Shown in pieces: positions 8,306 through 17,007 of a stretch of 64,000 nucleotides of DNA. The translations under genes and the position numbers were made by a program. The notes beneath the pieces are model-generated. The model was given only the letters and a program-made list of their open reading frames with translations, did not search any database and was not told the origin of the DNA. The stretch comes from Candidatus Nomurabacteria bacterium RIFCSPHIGHO2_01_FULL_41_71 (GTDB lineage Bacteria; Patescibacteriota; Minisyncoccia; Phycocordibacterales; UBA9973), in contig MFTQ01000021.1 in the NCBI GenBank assembly GCA_001785355.1, forward strand, positions 4,033 through 68,032, given 5' to 3'. Positions within the stretch are counted from its first letter, which is position 1; each line of letters begins with the position of its first letter.

Positions 8306-10165
8306 ATGACAGACTTAAAATACATTCGAAATTTTAGTATCATTGCGCATATAGACCACGGCAAGTCTACCTTAGCAGATCGGATGTTGGAAATCACCCA
8401 TACTATTGAAGCGCGAAAAATGCGCGATCAAATACTTGACTCTATGGAACTTGAGCGCGAGCGGGGAATCACCATCAAGATGCAACCTGTTCGCATGGAA
8501 TATACAAACTTAGTACTCGGAGTACTAAGACTTAGTACTCCGAGTACTAAGACTAAATATATCTTAAATCTGATAGATACCCCGGGGCATATTGATTTTT
8601 CTTACGAGGTTTCCAGAGCGCTCAAGGCCGTGGAAGGTTCTATTTTATTGGTGGATTGCACCCAAGGAGTGCAGGCTCAGACTCTTACTACCCTTACCAT
8701 GGCCAGGGAAGGCGGACTTCGTATTATTCCGGTACTTTCTAAGATTGATTCTCCGCTTGCTCGAATAGAGGAAGTGAAAGAAGAAGTTAAACAGCTTTTA
8801 GGTTGTGGTGATGAGGAAGTGCTTTTGGTTTCTGGTAAGACCGGAGAAGGAGTGGAAAATCTGCTTCGTGAAGTAATAAAGCGTGTGCCGACACCTCGAG
8901 AAGATTATTCAGGAGACAATGTTTTACGCGCTCTTGTTTTCGATTTTAAGTATTCTAATCACAAAGGGGTAATAGTATTTGTGCGTATTCTGGATGGGGA
9001 AGTGAAGAAAGGAGATAACCTTCTCTTTTTGGTATCGGGAGAAAAATTTTCTTCTCTTGAAGTCGGAGTATTTACTCCGGAAGAAGTTTCTGCTGAATCA
9101 CTTTCATCCGGAGAAGTGGGATATATAGTAACTGGTATCAAGAGGCCGGGTATTGCTTCTGTCGGAGATACGATTACCATGTCCAAGAATCCTCTGCCCA
9201 CTCTTCCGGGATACATGAAGGCTATGCCGGTAGTATGGGCTTCCGTTTTTCCTGAAGATGCGGATGATTTCATAGAGTTAAAATTATCCTTAGGTAAGCT
9301 GAAGCTGTCTGATTCCGCTTTTTCTTATGAAGAAGAATCAAGCGGTTCACTCGGCCGGGGTTTCCGATGTGGATTTCTCGGGATGCTTCATTTAGAGATA
9401 ATTACCGAGAGGCTAAAACGTGAATTTGGACTAGAGCTTGTTATTACTACCCCCTCCATCACTTATGAAGTGGTAAAAAAGTCCTTTATAGGACAAGCAG
9501 GCAAAAGGGAGAAAATTTATTCCCCATACTTTTTCCCGGATGATGGCAGTGTTGAATCCGTATATGAACCATGGGTAAAAGCGCAAATAATCAGCCCCGC
9601 CGGATATTTGGGCGGTATTATGCAGCTTTTGTTCGAGCATGAAGCGGAAGTGGGCGAGACGCATAATTTTGGAGATAACAGATCGTCTATCTTGGTGGAA
9701 ATGCCGCTTCGGGAATTAATGCGCAATTTTTTCGACGAATTAAAAAGTATTTCCTCCGGTTATGCATCTATTTCTTATAAGCTTGGAGAGATGCGGAAGG
9801 CGGATGTGACCAGACTGGATATTCTGGTGGCTGACGAAGTGGTACCGGCATTTTCCAGGGTTGTGTCGAAAAAAAGAGTGGAAGAGGAAGCGGAGAAGGC
9901 AGTGGAGAAATTATATGGCCTTCTTCCTCGACAGATGTTTACTCTGAAGATTCAGGGAAGGGCTCTGGGGCGAATTATTTCTTCCCGCACTATTTCCGGT
10001 ATGAAGAAGGATGTAACCGCGCACATGTATGGAGGCGATATCACTCGTAAGATGAAACTTAGAGAAAAGCAAAAAAAAGGCAAAAAGAAAATGAAAGAAC
10101 GTGGGCGAGTAAATATTCCCCAAGATGTGTTTCTTAAAATGATGCGGTCGGGCAGAATTAACTAA
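8306..10165 (+). CDS. lepA: Elongation factor 4 (LepA)
   Basis: NFSIIAHIDHGKSTLADR G1 motif, DTPGHIDF, LepA C-terminal domain. Start moved to MTDLKYIRNF. Confidence 0.9.
   Translation: MTDLKYIRNFSIIAHIDHGKSTLADRMLEITHTIEARKMRDQILDSMELERERGITIKMQPVRMEYTNLVLGVLRLSTPSTKTKYILNLIDTPGHIDFSYEVSRALKAVEGSILLVDCTQGVQAQTLTTLTMAREGGLRIIPVLSKIDSPLARIEEVKEEVKQLLGCGDEEVLLVSGKTGEGVENLLREVIKRVPTPREDYSGDNVLRALVFDFKYSNHKGVIVFVRILDGEVKKGDNLLFLVSGEKFSSLEVGVFTPEEVSAESLSSGEVGYIVTGIKRPGIASVGDTITMSKNPLPTLPGYMKAMPVVWASVFPEDADDFIELKLSLGKLKLSDSAFSYEEESSGSLGRGFRCGFLGMLHLEIITERLKREFGLELVITTPSITYEVVKKSFIGQAGKREKIYSPYFFPDDGSVESVYEPWVKAQIISPAGYLGGIMQLLFEHEAEVGETHNFGDNRSSILVEMPLRELMRNFFDELKSISSGYASISYKLGEMRKADVTRLDILVADEVVPAFSRVVSKKRVEEEAEKAVEKLYGLLPRQMFTLKIQGRALGRIISSRTISGMKKDVTAHMYGGDITRKMKLREKQKKGKKKMKERGRVNIPQDVFLKMMRSGRIN
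8509..8551. repeat. 43-bp palindrome (two 21-bp AGTACT-containing units that are reverse complements of each other) inserted in-frame in lepA
   Basis: cttagtactcggagtactaag-a-cttagtactccgagtactaag. Adds ~14 aa (VLGVLRLSTPSTKT) between G1 and DTPGH. Confidence 0.85.
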
Positions 10166-10313
10166 TCAAAGTATGGACGACTATTGTGGAGAGAAGATGG
10201 GGGAATATAAAAGTATCATGCTTATTATTACCAGAATGGATATGGTTGCGAAAATCCACTGAATTTTCTTTTGATGTTTTTTATTAAAAAGCATACAATG
10301 ATAATATCATATC

Positions 10314-10691
10314 ATGAGAAATTTTCAAGAGAAAAAAAAATTGAAGAAAATACTGGGATCTCCCGCTGTTCTTATTGTGTTTTTTGTCTTTCTTGTGTTT
10401 TTTGTCTGGGTGGTAATTCGCTTTTTGGGGAAACTTTTTGAAACTTCAAAAAATAGAGAAATTGCTGAAAGCCGGGTGGTTGAGTTGAGAGAAGCTAGGG
10501 AATATTTCTTCTCGCAAATTGAAAATCTAAAAACCGAAAAAGGCATTGAGGAGAATCTTCGAGAAAAATTTCCGGTGGTGAAAGACGGCGAGGGGTTGAT
10601 CGTGGTAGTGGATGAAAAAAATTCGGAAAAAACAAAAGATGAAAAAAGTCAAAACGGGTTTCTCTTTTTTATAAAAAATTGGTTCAAATAG
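10314..10691 (+). CDS. Small membrane-anchored coiled-coil protein (FtsB/DivIC-like septum formation initiator, tentative)
   Basis: Single N-terminal TM followed by coiled-coil region. Confidence 0.35.
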   Translation: MRNFQEKKKLKKILGSPAVLIVFFVFLVFFVWVVIRFLGKLFETSKNREIAESRVVELREAREYFFSQIENLKTEKGIEENLREKFPVVKDGEGLIVVVDEKNSEKTKDEKSQNGFLFFIKNWFK

Positions 10692-10701
10692 GATTTTTTT
10701 G

Positions 10702-12318
10702 TTACACTATGCAAAAGCGGGATTGGTTTAGTGGTAGAATGCGACCTTCCCAAGGTTGAGACAGGAGTTCGATTCTCCTATCCCGCACCATAAACGAACT
10801 AGACGGTTTTTTAGAAGCTGAAATGCGGGACGCGCGAAGCGCGTCCCAAGGATTCCCGCCGAATTTCCCAAACGAATTCAGAATTTTTGGCGCGCTGGCG
10901 CGCACTAATTTTTCGCCAAGAAGCAGGTTCGAGCCAAAGATTTCTTTGGCACAGACCTTTTTCGCAAAAAGGTCTGTATCCTGTGCGATTCCATTCAGGT
11001 TTTGTGCGACTTTTAGCCAATCGAGTAGCGGTTCGAGCCAATCATTGTGCTTGTGTGAAAGAGAGGTCATTTCTTCTTCGAGCGACTTCTTTTGCAAAAT
11101 CAATTTTGCTTTTTCTACACGATAGGTTTCCTTTTCAATATCTTGGTCAAGGTAAGTATTCAGAAGTCGCTCTAACTTTTGTGAAATGACAGATATTTTG
11201 GTTTCTTTCTCTTTCACACTAGCACCCACGGATTGGGCGGAGTTTTTGAAATCAGCTCGTGCCATTTTTTCCAGTTCCTCCGCCCAATCTCGTGGCAAAG
11301 AAACTTTTTGAATTAGGGATGATAACTGGCGATTAAGTTCTTCTTCCCGAATACAAGGTTGAGAACATTTTACATTTTTGTTTTTCTTTGTGCAGTGATA
11401 ATAAGTGTAATTATGCACATTTCCGTTCTTCTGCTTCTTAACCTTGTATTCGCCAGTTATCATCATTCCACATTCGGTGCAAGATAATAACCCGCAAAAT
11501 GGTTGAGGTTCATTTTTAGATTTTCGTTCGGGTTGTCCGCGGAGTTTCATCACTTTTTGCACCGAATCAAAAAGTTTCTTTGAAATGATTGGCTCGTGCT
11601 TGCCTTCGTGCAATTCTCCCGCATAGTTGAAAAGTCCAGTATAAAAAGGGTTTGAAAGAATAAAAGTCGCACGAGTTTTGTGGATTCTCTTTCCACCTCT
11701 CGAAACGATTCCGTTTTTCGCCAAAAAGTTTGAAATATCTTCCAGTCGTTGATTTCCTTTCGCGTATCTCTCAAAAGCCAAGCGGATAATTTTCGCTTTC
11801 TTCTTTTCCACTACAATCGTTTTTGTTCTACTGTCGTTGATATATCCCAAAGGAGCTTGGCTTGGAAATATTCCCATTCTCACTTTTTGGCGAAGACCTC
11901 GTTTCGTATTTTCTGAAAGAGAATCCACATAGTATTTGCTTTGGACAAATGCCATAGAGAGTGAAAATTTCCCTTGCGGAGTATTCTCAAACCAGTGCGA
12001 AGGGAATTTCATGCTCGCAAGTTTTCCGATGTCGAGTAAGTAGATAATTTGTCCGCCATCCACCGAATTACGGGCTAGACGATCGGGATGCCAACTGACG
12101 ATACCATTTGCCTCACCTCGTTCAATGCGCTTCAGCATTTGCCCGAAAATAGGTCTGCCGGGAATTTTCGCAGATTGTTTTTCGATAAATTCCTCAATGA
12201 CCTCTAAGTTTTGCTCTCGGGCAAATGCCCGCAATTCGGTGAGTTGAGCGTCAATACTCAAAACTTGTTTGTCTTCGACATCGGTGCTCTTGCGAGCATA
12301 CAAAAAGAATTTTTGCAT
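10702..12318 (-). CDS. Large serine recombinase (resolvase/invertase catalytic domain + recombinase domain + Zn-ribbon). 3' end reads antisense through IR-A and tRNA-Gly
   Basis: YARKSTDVEDKQVLSIDAQ catalytic-Ser motif at N-terminus, CTECG...CTKKNKNVKC zinc ribbon, coiled-coil. True stop uncertain because the ORF runs through a GC-rich repeat. Confidence 0.85.
   Translation of the reverse strand: MQKFFLYARKSTDVEDKQVLSIDAQLTELRAFAREQNLEVIEEFIEKQSAKIPGRPIFGQMLKRIERGEANGIVSWHPDRLARNSVDGGQIIYLLDIGKLASMKFPSHWFENTPQGKFSLSMAFVQSKYYVDSLSENTKRGLRQKVRMGIFPSQAPLGYINDSRTKTIVVEKKKAKIIRLAFERYAKGNQRLEDISNFLAKNGIVSRGGKRIHKTRATFILSNPFYTGLFNYAGELHEGKHEPIISKKLFDSVQKVMKLRGQPERKSKNEPQPFCGLLSCTECGMMITGEYKVKKQKNGNVHNYTYYHCTKKNKNVKCSQPCIREEELNRQLSSLIQKVSLPRDWAEELEKMARADFKNSAQSVGASVKEKETKISVISQKLERLLNTYLDQDIEKETYRVEKAKLILQKKSLEEEMTSLSHKHNDWLEPLLDWLKVAQNLNGIAQDTDLFAKKVCAKEIFGSNLLLGEKLVRASAPKILNSFGKFGGNPWDALRASRISASKKPSSSFMVRDRRIELLSQPWEGRILPLNQSRFCIV
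10717..10790 (+). tRNA. tRNA-Gly (anticodon CCC), CCA encoded
   Basis: Cloverleaf folded by hand: acceptor GCGGGAT/ATCCCGC, anticodon loop TTCCCAA, T-arm AGGAG-TTCGATT-CTCCT. Confidence 0.85.
10785..10878. repeat. IR-A: 94-bp perfect inverted repeat, begins in the tRNA-Gly 3' end. Partner at 12545-12638
   Basis: Reverse complement of 10785-10878 equals 12545-12638 base for base. Similarity continues imperfectly ~55 bp further (10879-10935 vs 12481-12544). Confidence 0.9.
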
Positions 12319-12336
12319 ATATTTTTCTTAAAGCGA

Positions 12337-12393
12337 AAATGGCTATTTTAGGTTGAAATCCTAACGTTAGTTAGAAAACTAAAATAGCCATTT
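12337..12393. promoter_or_regulatory. 57-bp perfectly symmetric site (15-bp arms + central 10-bp palindrome ctaacgttag with CG centre) 19 bp upstream of the recombinase start. Candidate recombination site or operator
   Basis: aaatggctattttag-gttgaaatc-ctaacgttag-ttagaaaa-ctaaaatagccattt read directly. Confidence 0.4.
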
Positions 12394-12544
12394 CCGCCAA
12401 CTAACTGATAATGGATTTCAACACAGTTAGTATAGCAAAAATTCTTTTTGTATCCAAAGCAAATACTTTGAATTTGTATCGCACGGGATTTCGAACCTGC
12501 TTCTTGGCGAAAAAACAGTGCGCATCGCCGAAGGCGGTGCTCCA

Positions 12545-12638
12545 AATTCGTTTGGGAAATTCGGCGGGAATCCTTGGGACGCGCTTCGCGCGTCCCGCAT
12601 TTCAGCTTCTAAAAAACCGTCTAGTTCGTTTATGGTGC
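12545..12638. repeat. IR-A': inverted partner of IR-A, contains inverted copy of tRNA-Gly 3' end (ggtgc)
   Basis: See IR-A. Confidence 0.9.
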
Positions 12639-12958
12639 GTTTATTCTACCAAATCAGAACCTATTTTCAAAATCTGTAATCAATGGAGTTCCCCGCGCGC
12701 TACGCGCCTCTGTGCAAAGCACAGAGCTTTCCAAAGTGGAAAGTGCGGGGAACGCAACATCTCCGAACGGCTCAAATGCCAGTAAGTGAGCCGTTCAGTA
12801 AAATGGACGAAGTTTTGCAAAAACTATTTTCTGGGGAAAGGATTTTGCAAAACTTCGGCTAGTGTTTTTGAAATTCGGCGGGCATGCAAATTCCCCGCGC
12901 GGAGGAGGGGTCTGGGGAGGAATCCGCGCGGGCTTTGGATTTTGTTGGGCGGATGGGC
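12635..12958. repeat. IR-B: 324-bp perfect inverted repeat, GC-rich. Partner at 14801-15124
   Basis: Reverse complement equals 14801-15124. Generates identical 57-aa phantom N-termini on ORFs 12786 (+) and 14973 (-). Confidence 0.9.
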
Positions 12959-13010
12959 CACCTTTACTTTTTTAATCAAAAAATCTAGTATATTTTATGG
13001 AGGTGTTGAA

Positions 13011-13397
13011 TTGAAGACTTTCCTGAAGAAAGTCCTGCGATTCAGCATCGCAGGAGGTACCGGAGTTCTCAGCGGCTACGTGGCCCTGTATTCCCTCACC
13101 GAGTTTGTTGGGTGGTGGTATATATGGTCAGCTTTTGTGGCCTTCGTTCTTAACACTGGAGTGACTTTTTACCTCCAGAGGTTCTGGACGTTCAAAAACG
13201 AGAGCCTCAAACCTTTCAGCCCGAAGCAGTTTATCATGTACTCGATGATGACAGCTAGCTTCGTTGGCTCGAATATCATACTGCTTTACCTCTTAGTGGA
13301 GTACGTACATCTCCACTACATGGTAGCGCAGGTGTGTCTGACGGCTCTTTTTTCGGTGTTTAGCTTCGTGCTGACACCTAAGATCTTCACTCGCTAG
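13011..13397 (+). CDS. GtrA-family small membrane protein (polyprenol-sugar flippase-like). TTG start after ggaggtg RBS
   Basis: ~128 aa, 4 TM, FSIAGGTGVLSGY...LNTGVTFYLQRFWTF typical of GtrA family. Upstream part of the 203-aa ORF lies in IR-B and is not credited. Confidence 0.6.
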   Translation: MKTFLKKVLRFSIAGGTGVLSGYVALYSLTEFVGWWYIWSAFVAFVLNTGVTFYLQRFWTFKNESLKPFSPKQFIMYSMMTASFVGSNIILLYLLVEYVHLHYMVAQVCLTALFSVFSFVLTPKIFTR

Positions 13398-13477
13398 AAT
13401 CGGCGTGCTCCGCAAGGACACGCCGATCGCTACTTCTAATAGAAAAAATACTCCAAAAATGATAAAATGAACTAGCT

Positions 13478-14131
13478 ATGGACTCAGAAACTCAAAGACA
13501 ACAAATTGGTAATTCCCTGAAAATAACCACAGAAATTTTTGGAAGTTGTAATGCGGATTACCGAATTCTTGGTTCTGTTTTGTTGGTTGCATATACCAAT
13601 AGAGTTTTTAGACGCATAAATGATGTTGATATTCTCCTAGATATAAAAACTAAAGATTGTGTATTCGAAAAACTAAAAAACAATGGTTTCCAATTTGAGC
13701 CAAAAAAAGTGGCTGGATTTTCTTGGATTGAAGCAAAAAAAGATCAACACTTAGGACTAACCTTTTTTCTTGTTGGTGAATTCAGAAAAGAGTATTTTAC
13801 TTGGCGTTTTATGAAATTTTTTGAACTAAGAATACGAGCTGAATATTTACATCCAACTGAATATAATTTTGAAAATGTAAAATTTATTGGCATTCCCATT
13901 TCGTCTGCTATTGCTGGGATTAGACAATCATTTCTTAATCCGAAAAGAAAAATGGATAAGCAAATTTTAGAAAATGAAGTCAATAAATCTAAAGTAAAAA
14001 TTTACAATAATATTTCTGTTTATATTTTTGGTGTAAAGCTTCCATATTTGTATGATTCATTTTCTTTTCTTTACAATATTTATGGCGGGATACGAGTTAT
14101 GTTTGGTAAAAAGTATGAGGCTTGGGATTAA
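13478..14131 (+). CDS. Pol-beta-superfamily nucleotidyltransferase-like protein
   Basis: ILGSVLLVAY...x10...DVDILLD matches the GS-x(9-13)-DxD NTase motif. No further family assignment possible by eye. Confidence 0.4.
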   Translation: MDSETQRQQIGNSLKITTEIFGSCNADYRILGSVLLVAYTNRVFRRINDVDILLDIKTKDCVFEKLKNNGFQFEPKKVAGFSWIEAKKDQHLGLTFFLVGEFRKEYFTWRFMKFFELRIRAEYLHPTEYNFENVKFIGIPISSAIAGIRQSFLNPKRKMDKQILENEVNKSKVKIYNNISVYIFGVKLPYLYDSFSFLYNIYGGIRVMFGKKYEAWD

Positions 14132-14138
14132 ATAATTT

Positions 14139-14747
14139 ATGATTACATGGATAATAATTTGGTTATTTTTTTGGACTAGCGCATTAGGTTTTACTAACTA
14201 TCTTTTTAAAAAACATGGGATTACTTATTACGAAAAATCTTGGCAACACACTATTTTTTTTATAATCCTCACACTAATCCTTTTTGTTGTTTATCAAAAT
14301 CAGTTTTTCGTATATTTTAATAATTTTTCCCTATATCATTTATTGATTATCCTGCTCTTATTTATACTGTGGCTTTCTGTCCCAACTCTTTATAAAAATG
14401 ATTATTATGCCAAAAAAGAAAGGTTTGGTTATCAGTTGCCAAAATTTTTTGAAATATTTTTCCAAGACATTTGCTTTTTAGGTGGCTTACTGACCTTTGG
14501 GATTTCTCCGACAATGTTTGGTTTGGTGTTTTTCGTCGTTCATATTCCAGCAGTATTTCTCCTTCCTAAAAAATTTGCCCTCCTGCCTATATTTGGTTCA
14601 CTTTTTGGAGGGCTAATTTTGGCCCATTTACAATCTCAAGGGATAATAGGATTTTTAGTCACATTATTTATACATTTATCATTTTGGGCTACTCTACACT
14701 ATGCTCTACAGAAAAATATTTTAGGCATTACTCCATTAAAAAGATAA
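14139..14747 (+). CDS. Polytopic membrane protein, unknown function (cargo of the IR-B cassette)
   Basis: 6-7 hydrophobic helices; very AT-rich relative to the flanking repeats. Confidence 0.4.
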   Translation: MITWIIIWLFFWTSALGFTNYLFKKHGITYYEKSWQHTIFFIILTLILFVVYQNQFFVYFNNFSLYHLLIILLLFILWLSVPTLYKNDYYAKKERFGYQLPKFFEIFFQDICFLGGLLTFGISPTMFGLVFFVVHIPAVFLLPKKFALLPIFGSLFGGLILAHLQSQGIIGFLVTLFIHLSFWATLHYALQKNILGITPLKR

Positions 14748-14800
14748 TATTTGTATCTCGGCTTTGCCGAGATTTCAATATTTGAATTTGATTTCTTAAT

Positions 14801-15124
14801 GCCCATCCGCCCAACAAAATCCAAAGCCCGCGCGGATTCCTCCCCAGACCCCTCCTCCGCGCGGGGAATTTGCATGCCCGCCGAATTTCAAAAACACTAG
14901 CCGAAGTTTTGCAAAATCCTTTCCCCAGAAAATAGTTTTTGCAAAACTTCGTCCATTTTACTGAACGGCTCACTTACTGGCATTTGAGCCGTTCGGAGAT
15001 GTTGCGTTCCCCGCACTTTCCACTTTGGAAAGCTCTGTGCTTTGCACAGAGGCGCGTAGCGCGCGGGGAACTCCATTGATTACAGATTTTGAAAATAGGT
15101 TCTGATTTGGTAGAATAAACGCAC
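14801..15124. repeat. IR-B': inverted partner of IR-B
   Basis: See IR-B. Confidence 0.9.
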
Positions 15125-15206
15125 TTTTTTTTGAATAAAGTGTGTCACACTTTCATGTTTATATTTAGTTTTGACTTTCAAAAAGCGTGGGAGTATAATA
15201 TGGAGT

Positions 15207-15440
15207 ATGCAACATGTAGAAATTTATTCGACCCCTTCTTGTCATTTTTGCCATATGGCCAAGGAATTTTTTAAAGAAAAAAACGTGCCATTTACGGATT
15301 ATGATGTGGCTTCCGATGTTTCAAAAAGGCAGGAAATGATGGAGAAGAGCGGACAGATGGGTGTTCCGGTTATCGTTATAGGAAATGAACTTGTGGTGGG
15401 CTTCAATAAGGCGCTTATCTCCAAACTGCTTGGGATTTAG
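15207..15440 (+). CDS. Glutaredoxin/NrdH-like small redox protein
   Basis: VEIYSTPSCHFCHMAKEFF...GVPVIVIG thioredoxin-fold CxxC protein. Start moved to MQHVEIY. TTGACT-17-TATAAT promoter-like hexamers at 15171-15199. Confidence 0.65.
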   Translation: MQHVEIYSTPSCHFCHMAKEFFKEKNVPFTDYDVASDVSKRQEMMEKSGQMGVPVIVIGNELVVGFNKALISKLLGI

Positions 15441-15445
15441 GCTAT

Positions 15446-15520
15446 GTCCTCGTAGTTAAACGGATATAACGACTCCGTCCTAAGGAGTAATTGTAGGTTC
15501 AATTCCTGCCGAGGACACCA
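15446..15520 (+). tRNA. tRNA-Arg (anticodon CCT), CCA encoded
   Basis: Acceptor GTCCTCG/CGAGGAC, anticodon loop GTCCTAA, T-arm GTAGG-TTCAATT-CCTGC. Confidence 0.8.
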
Positions 15521-15597
15521 CAACCAAACTTTTGCTTTTGTCAGAAGAATTTTCGCGCGCTTCACGAAGCGAAGCGTAAGGTGGGATAGAGTTAAAT

Positions 15598-15807
15598 TCA
15601 ATCCGGCGATTTTTCAAAAACAGGTTCGAGCCAAATAATATTGCCTTTTTCTAATTCGGTCATTTTCTCCTCCAACGACTTCTTGCGGGAGAGAAGCCCA
15701 GCCTTCTCTGCAAGGTACTCATCTTGCTCTATATCCTCGTCAATAGACCGGACTTGTTTGTCTTCAATATCGGTTGATTTGCGAGCGTATAAGAGGTATT
15801 TAAGCAT
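15598..15807 (-). pseudogene. Internally deleted remnant of a large serine recombinase (N-terminal 23 aa fused to ~45 aa of the C-terminal coiled-coil)
   Basis: MLKYLLYARKSTDIEDKQVRSID matches the rec-1 N-terminus. EKAGLLSRKKSLEEKMTELEKGNIIWLEP matches rec-1 EKAKLILQKKSLEEEMTSLSHKHNDWLEP. Upstream DNA (15580-15630) resembles the inner part of IR-A (caggttcgagccaaa). Confidence 0.75.
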
Positions 15808-15884
15808 CGGTGTATTATACCACCTTGCTTTAGATGTGTTAATCTAATATAATCTCATATATCTAATATAATAGATTATAAGAC

Positions 15885-16934
15885 ATGAATTACAATAAAC
15901 GAATTAAGAATATACCACAAAATCTATGGGTATTCATCAATCAAATTGATGAATTAAAAGGCCGATGGATTGGTGGAGCCGAAATAAATCCACAAGCACT
16001 TGGCCGATTAAAACGTTCCGTTTTGGTTACGTCGACTGGCGCCTCCACTCGTATTGAAGGAGCCAAACTTTCCGACGAAGATATTGAAAAAATGATGCGT
16101 GGACTTTCTATGCAAAAATTTGCCGACCGCGACAAGCAAGAAGTGCAAGGATATTATGAACTTCTTGAAAATGTATTTAACTCTTACAACAAGATACCAT
16201 TTTCAGAAAGTAGCATTCAACATCTTCATAAGGAAATTTTAAAATATGTTGAGAAAGATAAATTTCATCGCGGAGAATACAAAAAAACTGAAAACAGAGT
16301 TGAAATGGTAAATGAAGTGGGTCAATCTATAGGTATTTTATTTGATACCACACCTGCCTGGCTCACACCGAAAGAAATGCAAGAATTATTCGAATGGACT
16401 AAAAAATCTCTCTCTTTAAAAGAAATTCATCCATTAATAATTATTGGAAATTTTATTGTGGAATTTCTTAATATCCACCCATTTCAAGATGGCAATGGTA
16501 GACTTTCACGCGTTCTTACAAATTTATTAATGCTCCAAGCTGGTTACGCATACATGCCGTATGTCTCGCATGAGAAATTGATTGAAGATAATAAGGCGGA
16601 ATATTATGTAGCTCTTAGAAAAAGTCAGAAAACTTTAAAAACCGATAATCCGAATGTTGTGCCTTGGCTTGAATTCTTTTTCAATGTTCTGCTTACACAA
16701 GCAAAACAAGCAATTGAGTTGCTGTCAAAAGAAAATATTGATAAACTTCTTTCCCCCAAACAACTTTTAGTGTGGCTCCATCTTAGTAATGTTGGGGAAG
16801 CCACGCCTAGAGACATATCTTTAAAAACAAAAGTTGCTCGCCCAACCGTGTCTCAAGCACTCGATACTCTTTTGCGTCTCAAGAAAGTTGAACGTATTGG
16901 ACAAGGACGAACGACGAGGTATAGGAAAATATAA
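15885..16934 (+). CDS. Fic/DOC family protein (AMPylation-type) with C-terminal winged helix
   Basis: Canonical Fic motif HPFQDGNGRLSRVLTNLLMLQAGY. Confidence 0.85.
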   Translation: MNYNKRIKNIPQNLWVFINQIDELKGRWIGGAEINPQALGRLKRSVLVTSTGASTRIEGAKLSDEDIEKMMRGLSMQKFADRDKQEVQGYYELLENVFNSYNKIPFSESSIQHLHKEILKYVEKDKFHRGEYKKTENRVEMVNEVGQSIGILFDTTPAWLTPKEMQELFEWTKKSLSLKEIHPLIIIGNFIVEFLNIHPFQDGNGRLSRVLTNLLMLQAGYAYMPYVSHEKLIEDNKAEYYVALRKSQKTLKTDNPNVVPWLEFFFNVLLTQAKQAIELLSKENIDKLLSPKQLLVWLHLSNVGEATPRDISLKTKVARPTVSQALDTLLRLKKVERIGQGRTTRYRKI

Positions 16935-17007
16935 AATATGTATAACCACTCAGGAAAAACTGGCTCTAAGTGCTGGATTTGTATGAAATTTATGCTAATA
17001 TACCCAA

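Noticed and set aside
12786-13010. Identical 57-aa N-termini (MSRSVKWTKFCKNYFLGKGFCK...) on ORF 12786 (+) and ORF 14973 (-), which could look like a duplicated gene or N-terminal swapping system
   Set aside because: Both are read from the two copies of the 324-bp inverted repeat IR-B. The credible GtrA-like gene starts after the repeat at a TTG with an RBS (13011), and the mirror ORF has no convincing continuation. Treated as phantom ORFs through GC-rich repeat DNA.
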